Below are positions 35,011 to 44,259 of a stretch of 64,000 bases of DNA, one piece after another. How positions within the stretch are numbered: position 1 is the stretch's first letter; the number at the start of each line of letters is the position of its first letter. The translations under genes were made by a program, and so were the position numbers. The notes under the pieces are model-generated. The model saw only the letters and a list, made by a program, of their open reading frames with translations. It did not search any database and was not told the DNA's origin. Origin of the DNA: Candidatus Fermentibacterota bacterium (GTDB lineage Bacteria; Fermentibacterota; Fermentibacteria; Fermentibacterales; JCC-6); assembly GCA_003646025.1 (NCBI GenBank), contig QNDR01000001.1:3837-67836 (forward strand), written 5' to 3'.

Positions 35011-35877
35011 CTATTCTGTTCTGTAGGGAAGCTCTGCTATAATAAATCTGTTGACAGTTATCTCTGTGTGTATGTCCGGCACTACTTCCATAGCTGCTAT
35101 TCGTTCGACTGTTTCTTCCGGCAGTCTGTAGAGAATCATCACATCTGTTGATGAGTCAGCCAGGAATCTGCTTTCCCATGTGCTCCAGAAGGCATCGAAT
35201 TCATCTTCGTTCAGAACACCGTCTGCCCATCGCCAGAGTTCTCTTCTGAGCTGTGCCGGCTCATCGAGAAACCGCAGACCTTTCGGTATGTCAGTCAGTA
35301 TGTCTGCAAGGGTGAAAACGCCGAACATCGGTTTGTCTCCTGACGAGGTAAGAACGATGCATGGAATTTCACCGTACGGCATCCTGAATGAAAGGTTGCC
35401 ACTCTGGCGTGCAAACGGCAGATCTCCCATGTTGCCTGGACGGCATTCGTAGTAGATAAAACGGTCGGTCTCGCCATTCGATGAAACATTCAGCGCATCG
35501 ACCTGACGCCAGACGGACACAGGGAAGTTGTGTTCTCCGGAGTTTACCCAGCCTTCAGTAAGAATTGTGTCTGAAGCTTCAGTGAGCCTGAGGTTGTTCC
35601 ACACTGCATAGGTTGAATTGATACCGCCTTCATCCGGCTCTGGAAGTACTGCTGTTGTGTAACCCATTTCAGGGAAACTGATACGCAGGGTAACAGAGCA
35701 GGGGTCTCCGTGGAAGTAGACCACAGGAGCTCTGTCATCAAGCGGATCCAGCAATGGTTCAGCGGTTATAATCTCAGAATCGGCTGGAACCGCCCCGGAA
35801 ACAATATCTGGAGCTGTAGTTACAACACCCCACTCGTGAACTTGAAGCCCGGCTATAAGAACAAGCAGTGTAATCAT
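35011..35877 (-). CDS. secreted hypothetical protein, HEWGV-motif family paralog 3
   Basis: Signal peptide, LQVHEWGVV, PVVYFHGDP, RFIYYECR. Paralog of the next two genes. Confidence 0.6.
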   Translation of the reverse strand: MITLLVLIAGLQVHEWGVVTTAPDIVSGAVPADSEIITAEPLLDPLDDRAPVVYFHGDPCSVTLRISFPEMGYTTAVLPEPDEGGINSTYAVWNNLRLTEASDTILTEGWVNSGEHNFPVSVWRQVDALNVSSNGETDRFIYYECRPGNMGDLPFARQSGNLSFRMPYGEIPCIVLTSSGDKPMFGVFTLADILTDIPKGLRFLDEPAQLRRELWRWADGVLNEDEFDAFWSTWESRFLADSSTDVMILYRLPEETVERIAAMEVVPDIHTEITVNRFIIAELPYRTE

Positions 35878-35878
35878 A

Positions 35879-36832
35879 TCAGTTCACCCTTACAAGACCG
35901 AGAAACAGCCTGTTGTAGGTAATTTCCCTGTCAATTTCATCGTGCACATCCAGATACAGTGTGCTATACTCTTCCACAGCGTCCCAGGGAAGCGGGAACA
36001 GAATCCACTGTTCATTGAGAAATATACCGTCGGTTGCGGATTCATCATCAATGCTGTTGTTTTCAAAGAATGGTTTCCAGGTCTGCCACAGAGCTGTGAT
36101 CTCCTCCGACTTCAGGCTGTTTCCTCCCCAGTCGCAGATGATTGTACAGATGTCATCATCGTTCAGATTACCTGTCTGGTCCGGCGGTGTTCCAGATCCG
36201 TCCGGGAGGGGAATCAGCTGAATCCTCTCTATTTCAGGGGTATCTCCAACTGTAATCAGAAGACCGTCGGGGGCGTAATATCCTGCGAGAGTTCTTGCCT
36301 GGTAAATACCCTCAGGGGGGTTCCAGTATGGAATGCCAATTTCATAGTACAGGAAGTTCGATCTGTACTCTCCTGAGTCTGGCGAGTACAGTTCCATTGA
36401 CGGTACTTTTCGCCAGTACTCCATTGCCCATTCAAACGGAGTTCCAGCGGGAACATCAGGAGCAGGCCTCTCGCTCATGGGTACAGGGGGACGGGCCGAG
36501 ATATTCCACGAGGCGGCTACAGTCATCTCTGTACCGGAAGTCAGATCCGGTTCAGGGAAAAGGGCAGTCAGTGAACCCTGTGGTATTTTTACGGTAAGAG
36601 TTGCATCTTCGAAGAACCCGCCGTGTATCCAGATTACAGGTGCATCCACTGCAAGGTCACCGTAGATCTGTCTGCCACCGTGGATGTTACCGTATTCATC
36701 AGGAGCACCGGCAACTGTTGTTCCTTCGGTGCTGAATACCACAACCCCCCACTCGTTTACGAACAGGTCATTAAGATCGGGAGGGGGAATTTCAACTGTG
36801 TCAACCATGAAAGGGAACAGCAGCGGCAGCAT
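35879..36832 (-). CDS. secreted hypothetical protein, HEWGV-motif family paralog 2
   Basis: FVNEWGVVVF, PVIWIHGG, NFLYYEIG. Confidence 0.6.
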   Translation of the reverse strand: MLPLLFPFMVDTVEIPPPDLNDLFVNEWGVVVFSTEGTTVAGAPDEYGNIHGGRQIYGDLAVDAPVIWIHGGFFEDATLTVKIPQGSLTALFPEPDLTSGTEMTVAASWNISARPPVPMSERPAPDVPAGTPFEWAMEYWRKVPSMELYSPDSGEYRSNFLYYEIGIPYWNPPEGIYQARTLAGYYAPDGLLITVGDTPEIERIQLIPLPDGSGTPPDQTGNLNDDDICTIICDWGGNSLKSEEITALWQTWKPFFENNSIDDESATDGIFLNEQWILFPLPWDAVEEYSTLYLDVHDEIDREITYNRLFLGLVRVN

Positions 36833-37761
36833 CAGTATTCTCCCCGGAAGGGCATTGCAACCAGCAGGTAGCGCGAGATGTCTACAGGATAGTCGACTTC
36901 CTCGGGAGAAACGGAGATCACACTGAGTTTCTCGGTAAGTTCATCGGGAATCCTGTACATGAGAAGACCGCTGCCGTAACCCTCTTCATAGATGTAGTCA
37001 CGGAACATCCAGGCAGACCATGTGTTCCAGAGCGCTTCCACTTCGTCGGCTTCAAGGATGTCTGTTGACCAGTCGAAAAGTACATCCAGAACGGCATCAT
37101 CTGTGTCCAGCTCTGTGTATTCGATGTCGCCTCCATAGACAACATTTCCCAGTGTACACCGGGCAAGGAATATTCCCTCATTTCGTCTCTGTATTATCAT
37201 GGCTTCAACGCCCATGTATTCTTCGCTCAAGCTTTCCTTTGCAGGAGAGTAAGGCAGAAAGTCTATTGATTGAGGAGCTGTTTCATAGTATAAAAATTTG
37301 TCATTCCAGTCGTTGGCACCACTGATACTCAGGGCGTAAACTTCTCTCCACAGGTCGTAGTTCCATTCACCTGGTGCCATGCCATGGAAGTCGGGGTACT
37401 CCTGTATGTCGTTGTAGCTGAAATCAGCTGTCCAGGTGCAGTGGCTGTGGTCTCTGTCCGTATCAGGTACAGAGGGGTAGATATCGAAAATGGAACCGTT
37501 GTCTGTCCTTACCGTGACTGTTCCTGAAAATGCCGGTCCGTGAAAGTAAAGAACCGGAGCCCGGAGAAGGCCCGCTCCGCCCCCGGAACCCATGCTGTCA
37601 GATGTGATAACCGGCGATGGCGTTCCAGGTACAGATGACAACACAGGGTTTGTGCTGCCGAGGGTAAGAACTCCCCACTCGTGAACCTGAATGTGTGCAA
37701 GTTCAAGTTCACAGTAGCCGTATGAAGCAAGTATGAACAATATGATTAGTGTGATCTTCAT
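36832..37761 (-). CDS. secreted hypothetical protein, HEWGV-motif family paralog 1
   Basis: IQVHEWGVLT, PVLYFHGPA, KFLYYETA. Its stop overlaps the next start. Confidence 0.6.
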   Translation of the reverse strand: MKITLIILFILASYGYCELELAHIQVHEWGVLTLGSTNPVLSSVPGTPSPVITSDSMGSGGGAGLLRAPVLYFHGPAFSGTVTVRTDNGSIFDIYPSVPDTDRDHSHCTWTADFSYNDIQEYPDFHGMAPGEWNYDLWREVYALSISGANDWNDKFLYYETAPQSIDFLPYSPAKESLSEEYMGVEAMIIQRRNEGIFLARCTLGNVVYGGDIEYTELDTDDAVLDVLFDWSTDILEADEVEALWNTWSAWMFRDYIYEEGYGSGLLMYRIPDELTEKLSVISVSPEEVDYPVDISRYLLVAMPFRGEY

Positions 37762-37814
37762 TGCTGTCCCTTCGTAGACGATATTTCAATTGTGATACTT
37801 CCATCGGTAGTATT

Positions 37815-38585
37815 CTATTCCGAAACTTCTATTTTGAAAAGCACCGGTGTGTGGTCTGACGGTTTCTCCCATTTTCTGGGTTCTTTGTCTATAAAACAAT
37901 CAGTAATTCTTTCCATCGCAGTTTCGTCGGCAAGTACAAGATCCAGCCTCATTCCCCGGTTTCTTCTGAAGGAAGCAGCTCTGTAATCCCACCAGCTGTA
38001 GGCTTTTCCCTGTGGATGATACTTTCTGAAAACATCTCTGAATCCGTGCTTTTCGAACAATTGAATCTGTTTCCGCTCCAAAGGATGGTAGCAGACAGTA
38101 CCGTCCTGCTGTTCCGGGGAGTGCGTGTCATCCGGTCCCGGGGCAACATTGAAATCTCCCACTATTACAGTAGGTCTGTCGAAGCCTTCGGCATAGTTTC
38201 TGAGAACCTCGTAGTACCGGAGCTTGTCTTTAAACCGCGGGTCATCTACATCGCTTCCATTGGGCACATACACATTTATCAGCCTGATTCCGTGAATTCC
38301 GGTGGAGATCATCCTGCTCTGCTCTGGAAGAAAACCGTTGAGATCAGTTTCTATGGCTGCAGGTTCAGAGAGTGAAACAACAGCAACACCGTTCCACCTG
38401 ACCTGACCGTTTACAGCACAGTGATAACCAAGGTTTTCGAATTCTTCAAATGGGAACTGCTCCGAAGTGGCTTTCAACTCCTGCATGCACAAAACATCCG
38501 GTTTTTCCTTTTCAAGCCATTTTACAACAACAGGCACTCGCGCCCTGACGGAGTTTACATTCCATGTGGCAATTTTCAGTTCCAC
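37815..38585 (-). CDS. xth: exodeoxyribonuclease III (AP endonuclease, Xth family)
   Basis: LKIATWNVNS...DVLCMQELK...WDYR. Start is GTG at 38585 after AGGAGGTG; the track ORF start is an upstream extension. Confidence 0.85.
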   Translation of the reverse strand: MELKIATWNVNSVRARVPVVVKWLEKEKPDVLCMQELKATSEQFPFEEFENLGYHCAVNGQVRWNGVAVVSLSEPAAIETDLNGFLPEQSRMISTGIHGIRLINVYVPNGSDVDDPRFKDKLRYYEVLRNYAEGFDRPTVIVGDFNVAPGPDDTHSPEQQDGTVCYHPLERKQIQLFEKHGFRDVFRKYHPQGKAYSWWDYRAASFRRNRGMRLDLVLADETAMERITDCFIDKEPRKWEKPSDHTPVLFKIEVSE

Positions 38586-38688
38586 TTCACACCTCCTGTG
38601 GTTTTCTACCGGGAAACGCCTTGCAAAGTCAAGTACAACGCAGGTTTGATCTTTGCTCACAGAGGGTGTTTTCAGTAAATTAGCTGGC

Positions 38689-40314
38689 ATGGGCAAAAAA
38701 ACATATTTTCTCGGTGTGATTTCCATACTGCTTGCGGCTGCCTTTATCAGGGTGTGGGTTGTTCACCGCAACCCGATTCCTGCAGGTGACGGAATTGCCT
38801 CACACATTCTTCTCGCAGACAATCTGAGGAGAGGGCTGGGATTCAGAACCTTCGTAAAGTGGACTCTTTACGACCCGTCCGAGGAATTTCTTAGGCCAGA
38901 GGCCAACAGACAGCCGGCAATGGCATTTACCCTGGTTCCAGTGTTTTACCTGCTTGGAACCGGTATGGTGCAGGCCCAGATTGTGGTTCTGCTGCAGGGT
39001 TTACTGGCCATGTTTCTGTGTGCGTTCTGGGCAAAGAGACTGTTTGGCCGGAAGGTTGCCCTTGCCGTTCTCGCCTACATGGCAGTTGATCCGCCGTTTG
39101 TGTGGTTTGGCACACAGCCAGACAGTCTGATGCTTTACATCTCCCTGTTTTACCTGATTCTGATCGTGGCGGACAAACCTCAAATTTCATGGAAGCGCGC
39201 GCTTGTTCTCGGTGCGATGTCCGGTTCTCTTTACCTTACTCGTACACAGGGGATGCTTATGGTTCCTTCAATTGCGCTCTGGGTTTTGCTGCGTGGCGGT
39301 GAAAAAAAATGGCTGAAGGTGGGTTTGATCGTTCTTGCCGCTCTTGTTGTGATTTCTCCATGGTTTATCAGGAACATGAATGCATTTGGAAGCCCGCTGC
39401 ACAGCCAGAACGGACAGTTCCTGCTGAACGAGAATCACTGGTCTGCATGGAGTGTGCGGGAAACAGCCCCTTCGCCGCTGGATATGTGGAACAACCAGGG
39501 ACCAGTTGCAGTAGTCGGATACCTGGCAGCTGGAGTTCTAAGAGTGATTGAACCGTTTACTCTTGGCAGCACACACAGAGGAGAGGTGTTCGGCCAGCCG
39601 ACTCTTGTGATCTTTGTAATACCTGCTGTTATCGCACTTCTTTTCAGGAAGAACAGAGACAAGATGCTGCTTCCCCTTGTTGCAATAGCACCTGTGCTTG
39701 CAGCTCTGGTTCTGCATCAGCATTCAGGCAGATACCTGACCGTAGCCGTTCCGGCAGTAGTGGCTGCAGGTTCTGCCGGTTTCAGAGAGATCCTGCGAAG
39801 GCCTCAGAAAAAGATCCTGATGTTTTCCATTCTGATTGTGTTGTTTTTTGTTATGATCGTGCCGTTTATCAGAGTAATGCAGACAGACAGCAGGGGGAGA
39901 GCTGCGGAAGCAATGGAAGCAGCACTGTGGGTTAAACAGAACGCTTCAGACTCGGCGTGGGTTTGTACCTATCCAAATGTGGAGCTGTTTCACTGGGTAT
40001 ACCGTAAACCCACTCTTGCATGGCCCAACGACTACGAGATGCTGTTGTGGCCGTATCTTGAGCAGCACAATGTGCAGTACATGGTTGTAGACACAGACCT
40101 TCCCGTGCTTCGTCCCTGGCTTTCCAGACGGTGGAGAAGGTCTCCCGACGGTACAGTATGGGATGCAGCCGACCCTCCACCTTTTATTACAGAGGTATGG
40201 AGAAGCCAGTCAGAAAATACCATCATCTACCAGTTCACAGGTTCTGTTCCAGAGGGCTATATGGCTGTAGATTCGCTTCCTCCGGATAACTACAGGGCAA
40301 TAGGCCCGGACTGA
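38689..40314 (+). CDS. polytopic membrane glycosyltransferase (GT39/GT83, ArnT/PMT-like)
   Basis: More than ten TM segments and an N-terminal loop architecture like ArnT/PMT. I recognise the family only weakly. Confidence 0.45.
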   Translation: MGKKTYFLGVISILLAAAFIRVWVVHRNPIPAGDGIASHILLADNLRRGLGFRTFVKWTLYDPSEEFLRPEANRQPAMAFTLVPVFYLLGTGMVQAQIVVLLQGLLAMFLCAFWAKRLFGRKVALAVLAYMAVDPPFVWFGTQPDSLMLYISLFYLILIVADKPQISWKRALVLGAMSGSLYLTRTQGMLMVPSIALWVLLRGGEKKWLKVGLIVLAALVVISPWFIRNMNAFGSPLHSQNGQFLLNENHWSAWSVRETAPSPLDMWNNQGPVAVVGYLAAGVLRVIEPFTLGSTHRGEVFGQPTLVIFVIPAVIALLFRKNRDKMLLPLVAIAPVLAALVLHQHSGRYLTVAVPAVVAAGSAGFREILRRPQKKILMFSILIVLFFVMIVPFIRVMQTDSRGRAAEAMEAALWVKQNASDSAWVCTYPNVELFHWVYRKPTLAWPNDYEMLLWPYLEQHNVQYMVVDTDLPVLRPWLSRRWRRSPDGTVWDAADPPPFITEVWRSQSENTIIYQFTGSVPEGYMAVDSLPPDNYRAIGPD

Positions 40315-40325
40315 GCAGGAAAAAC

Positions 40326-40805
40326 TTGAGTGCAGCAGTTCTTTACACGACAAAGTATGGTACAGCCGCAAAGTGCGCTGCTATACTACAGGAGAAAGCT
40401 AAAAAGCCACTCATTGTTGTGAATATCAAAGACAATCCCCATTTTGATATACAACCGTACAGCAAGGTAATTCTTGGTGCGTCTGTGTATGTAGAGAGAA
40501 TACAGCGGGAAATGACCGCATTCTGCCGGAGAAATGAAAAGCAGCTCTTGTTAAAACAGATCGGTCTTTACATCTGCTCCGGGGACAAAGGCAGAGCAGG
40601 AAGGGGATACCTGAAACTCTTCGGTAAAGAGATACACAGCCACGCTGTCGCCAGAAAGCTGTTCGGCAGCGAGATTTACTGGCACAAAATGAACATGGTT
40701 GAGAAGCTCGCAATGCGGGTCATAAAGAAATCAACAGCCAGCTCTTCCGACCTTGACATGAAAGCAATACAGGAACTGGCTGTTGAAATGGGTCTGTTGA
40801 ACTAA
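40326..40805 (+). CDS. flavodoxin-domain protein
   Basis: Small alpha/beta protein starting LYTTKYGTAAKCA, flavodoxin_5-like. Confidence 0.45.
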   Translation: MSAAVLYTTKYGTAAKCAAILQEKAKKPLIVVNIKDNPHFDIQPYSKVILGASVYVERIQREMTAFCRRNEKQLLLKQIGLYICSGDKGRAGRGYLKLFGKEIHSHAVARKLFGSEIYWHKMNMVEKLAMRVIKKSTASSSDLDMKAIQELAVEMGLLN

Positions 40806-40831
40806 CCGTAGAGTTTTGTAAACCAGTCCGA

Positions 40832-41560
40832 TTACACAGTAAAAACCTCAGCCCATATTACTACATACGCAACTGCAGGCAGAGCCAGTCGTTTAAGCAT
40901 TTTCTCACTTCTCACCTGCTTTGAAGAGCAGTCCCACGATCTGAAAACTGGAAACAGCAGCAGATACGGCAGAGTTGCAGGTACAACGAGCAGAAGCCCG
41001 TCCAGAATTTTATAAAGAACCCAGTGATTCCAGACAAGAGAGATCAGTGGCGCCCCCGTTTGAAGGAAAACAAGGTACGAAACAAACACACTCAGTACCG
41101 GGTAGGTTGTGATAGCAAAGAATACGGCAACAAGAACCGGGTTGCGTCTGTTGGATATTCCCAGCAGAAAACCGGACAGCATGACACCTGCAGAGAACAC
41201 CACTGAAACCAGCAGTGAATCGTATACCGGGACTGAGGTAAGGTTGAGGACGGCGCCAATCGCCCAGACCATAGCAAGCCTTGGCAGCGTTTTTACAGCA
41301 AGAAGTTTCCATCTTGTGACCGGGAGTGTTTTCAGGTAATCCTCAGAATCGTCTGTGTCTTCTCCTGCAAACATTTCGTAGGCCAGCCACATCACTAACA
41401 GGTAAAAATCAAGATACAACCCCAGAACAACGTACTCTTCAAAAGACTGTTCTCCTGAAAGTCTGGCACTGTTTACCAGGAAAACAACGGGAATTACTGC
41501 AAGAAAACAGGCAACCAGTGCTGTCTGTTTCAGTGTGTCAATTATTTCCTTCTTAAGCAT
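40832..41560 (-). CDS. membrane permease-like protein (ABC-2-like), paralog of the next gene
   Basis: 6-TM protein in an operon with the ABC ATPase. Confidence 0.5.
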   Translation of the reverse strand: MLKKEIIDTLKQTALVACFLAVIPVVFLVNSARLSGEQSFEEYVVLGLYLDFYLLVMWLAYEMFAGEDTDDSEDYLKTLPVTRWKLLAVKTLPRLAMVWAIGAVLNLTSVPVYDSLLVSVVFSAGVMLSGFLLGISNRRNPVLVAVFFAITTYPVLSVFVSYLVFLQTGAPLISLVWNHWVLYKILDGLLLVVPATLPYLLLFPVFRSWDCSSKQVRSEKMLKRLALPAVAYVVIWAEVFTV

Positions 41561-41571
41561 TGCTCTCCCTT

Positions 41572-42369
41572 CTAAAGTAGATTCAGTTTGTAAATGGTGA
41601 ACAGGGCAATGATCAAAGTCAGTGGCATTGCCATCCGTTTCAGTATCCTCTGGCTTCTGATTTTACCTGAAGAGGCATCCCATGATTTGAAAACGGGAAT
41701 CAGCACAAGCAGCGGCAGCACTGCCGGAATCACTACCGCTATGATGAATGAAACCACACGAAGAAGGTTGAAAAACCACAGGTGCATCAGTTCCAGTGGT
41801 TTCATCACATGGGAGTAGAGGAAGTACAGAATCTTGCGTGTAACCAGTGTGTCGGAAGAGAGAAGTATGAAAAGAACCGGAATCAAGAATGCAATTGCAA
41901 GAAAGGGGTTTCTTCTGTCGGAGATTCCCAGCAGAAAACCGTAGAGCATGGCGACAGCAACCATGAAAATACTTTCAAGATAGCCTTCAATATCCACGCT
42001 AAGCCAGAAGGCGCTCATTCCGTGTGTCCACCAGTATTTGTGTACCAGCCAGTTGGCGGCCAGTATAAACAGCAATGCAGACACAAACCGTGGAAGCACT
42101 TTCATCCAGAAGATATTTCGGTACGGCAGCGGCAATGATTTCAGGTATTCCTGTGCGCCGTCTTTGTCGTCAGAGGCAAACATTGTATAAGCCAGATAGA
42201 ACACCAGAAGGGGGGCAACAGCAAGTATCCCCCAGACTGCGTAGCTGAAGAACGTAAGATTGTTTTCCAGGCGCAGCTGATTTATACCAAACACTAACGG
42301 GACAACAAGCAGGAAACTCAGTACAGAAGCAGTCTGCCTGAGTGTGTCAGTTATCTCTTTTTTCCACAT
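41572..42369 (-). CDS. membrane permease-like protein (ABC-2-like)
   Basis: Paralog of 40832..41560. Confidence 0.5.
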   Translation of the reverse strand: MWKKEITDTLRQTASVLSFLLVVPLVFGINQLRLENNLTFFSYAVWGILAVAPLLVFYLAYTMFASDDKDGAQEYLKSLPLPYRNIFWMKVLPRFVSALLFILAANWLVHKYWWTHGMSAFWLSVDIEGYLESIFMVAVAMLYGFLLGISDRRNPFLAIAFLIPVLFILLSSDTLVTRKILYFLYSHVMKPLELMHLWFFNLLRVVSFIIAVVIPAVLPLLVLIPVFKSWDASSGKIRSQRILKRMAMPLTLIIALFTIYKLNLL

Positions 42370-42371
42370 AC

Positions 42372-43178
42372 CTATACCTCTTCGTTGTTCCGGTTGTAGC
42401 TGCCGGTCATAAGCATGGTAAGTATGTCTGAAAGCTTGAGCTGTTCGCCGGTGCCCGGAATTACCAGATGTTCAGTTTTGCCAGAGCCGGTTCTGGTAGC
42501 AAATGTGTTCTCCGGTGCCGTGTCAGAGCGTTCAAGCTTTGCGTTATCAAGAAGGTATTGCGTTGATTCGTTGAGAAGAATTCCGTTTTTTGTTAGAAAG
42601 ATTACCCGGTTTACAAGGTGTTCAACTTCGTTGTAGTTCAGGTTTACCATTACAATAGTTGGCTTTCTGTCGGCCATGGTTTTTACAAGTGTCTCCAGAG
42701 CAAGGCTTCTTAGATACGGGTCTATGGAGTGCAGTATCTCATCAATGAGAATCAGTTTTGGACCGGTAGACAGAATCAGAGAAAGATGAAAGATAACCCT
42801 TTGCCCCACCGAGAGTTCCTTTATTTTTGAGTTCCAGTTGATTGACGCTTTTTTAAGCAGTGGAAGAGGGTCCGGCTGTACACCGAAGGCATTCCAGTGG
42901 AGTTCGGCAAGGTCTTTTACCTTCATGGATTTGTAGATGCTGAGACTGTCCGGCAGGTAACCGATGAATTGCCGGGGGTCCTTTACTCCCGGCCAGCCGT
43001 AGTCTACGGTTCCTTCTGTGGGGTAAAGAATATTGGCAAGAACTTTCAGCAGAGTTGACTTTCCAGCTCCATTGGGTCCGGTGATCATAACAACATCGCC
43101 GTCGTTTATTTCAAAGGTAATGTCTGACTGAACCGGTGTTTTCCCGTAGCCGCAGGTAATACTATTCAGTTTGATCAT
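42372..43178 (-). CDS. ABC transporter ATP-binding protein
   Basis: Walker A GPNGAGKST, signature LSVGQ, Walker B ILIDE. Confidence 0.85.
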   Translation of the reverse strand: MIKLNSITCGYGKTPVQSDITFEINDGDVVMITGPNGAGKSTLLKVLANILYPTEGTVDYGWPGVKDPRQFIGYLPDSLSIYKSMKVKDLAELHWNAFGVQPDPLPLLKKASINWNSKIKELSVGQRVIFHLSLILSTGPKLILIDEILHSIDPYLRSLALETLVKTMADRKPTIVMVNLNYNEVEHLVNRVIFLTKNGILLNESTQYLLDNAKLERSDTAPENTFATRTGSGKTEHLVIPGTGEQLKLSDILTMLMTGSYNRNNEEV

Positions 43179-43551
43179 TGGCCTGTTTCCTCTCCAGCTT
43201 TGTTAACATTGTGTTCATGAGTTCTTCAGGAGAAAATCCCAGTTCAATCACCATGTTGACGAATTCATCTGTGATTTCAGCCAGTAGTTTCTTCCTTGTG
43301 ATCCCAAGGTGTTCCTTTTCGAACTGCACAAAAAATCCCGAACCGGTTCTTGAGTGAAGGAAACCTTCACTTTCAAGCTGCCGGTAAACTTTTGCTATGG
43401 TGTTGGGATTTATTGTGAGCTGCGCCGCAAGCTGCCTGATCGAAGGCATTCTGTGGTTTTGCGGGTATTCCCCTGAAACAATACCAAGCTTTATCTGCCT
43501 TTTCAGCTGTTCGTACACAGGTACTGCGGACCCGGCATCGATTTTAAGCAT
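43162..43551 (-). CDS. GntR-family (YtrA subfamily) transcriptional regulator
   Basis: 129-aa HTH (MPSIRQLAAQLTINPNTIAKVYRQLE) upstream of the ABC genes, which is the classic YtrA operon layout. Confidence 0.85.
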   Translation of the reverse strand: MLKIDAGSAVPVYEQLKRQIKLGIVSGEYPQNHRMPSIRQLAAQLTINPNTIAKVYRQLESEGFLHSRTGSGFFVQFEKEHLGITRKKLLAEITDEFVNMVIELGFSPEELMNTMLTKLERKQANDQTE

Positions 43552-43579
43552 TTGTTCCTCCCTGAGTTATTGTACCACA

Positions 43580-43608
43580 GTAATAGTACAGTAGTACAGT
43601 TATGTCAA
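43580..43608 (-). promoter_or_regulatory. sigma-70-like promoter (TTGACA-N17-TATTAC) with GTAC-containing direct/inverted repeats in the spacer; candidate YtrA autoregulatory operator
   Basis: On the minus strand: GTTGACA-taactgtactactgtac-TATTAC, about 20 nt before GGGAGG-ATG. The repeat element ACTGTAC is duplicated. Confidence 0.4.
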
Positions 43609-43857
43609 CCCATGGTCAGGAGGTGTTTTCTGCGTCGAAACGACTCCCTGCTTTGTTTCGTTGTCTTGAGGGTTATTCAGAATTGTTATCCGGGATGTTA
43701 ACTTCATTTTTTCCTGAAGGCTGTTGAAAGGTACAATGAGGCTGAAGCATCTATGCAATGCTCGCATTTCAAGAAGAGATGAGTTAAGGCGGTTTGTGTA
43801 TGGTTTTACTCTTCAGAGCACAAGATGGAATTCAGATGTTGAGAAAGGTCTGTTATT

Positions 43858-44037
43858 TTACGCTCTTGTCATAACAGCATTACACTTCGGGCAACGGGTT
43901 TTGTAGCAGGGAACTCCTCTTGCGTGAGAAACTTCGTGTCCGCATGACGGGCATACACAGCGTCCGCCCTGTCCCCGGGCAGTGCCGTTGTTCCGTCCTC
44001 TACCGCTGCCTCCGCCTGTACCGTCCCCTGATCTCAT
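43858..44037 (-). CDS. small Gly/Arg-rich zinc-ribbon protein (59 aa): MRSGDGTGGGSGRGRNNGTARGQGGRCVCPSCGHEVSHARGVPCYKTRCPKCNAVMTRA
   Basis: Not in the ORF track because it is under 60 aa. Strong RBS AAGGAG sits 7 nt upstream of the ATG. Contains a CxCPxCGH...CxxxxCPKC four-Cys zinc ribbon. Confidence 0.55.
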   Translation of the reverse strand: MRSGDGTGGGSGRGRNNGTARGQGGRCVCPSCGHEVSHARGVPCYKTRCPKCNAVMTRA

Positions 44038-44220
44038 TTTCGCACTCCTTACTGTATAGATCCATGCAAATACTGAACCGGATGTTTAAGATAAAATTCC
44101 AGTCCATTTCTTCCCCGCGCACAAATCAACCGCAGAAAACTGTCTTTCCTGTGCACCAGCCAGCCGAAAATCAATATACAGCGGATTGTTCCAATCGTGT
44201 TAGTTCGGGCATATAAAAAC

Positions 44221-44242
44221 AGGAGCCGGTTTCCCGACTCCT
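44221..44242 (-). terminator. hairpin terminator downstream of the 44260 gene
   Basis: AGGAGCCGG/CCGACTCCT stem, then a T-run on the minus strand. Confidence 0.4.
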
Positions 44243-44259
44243 GTATTAACCGATAAGAT

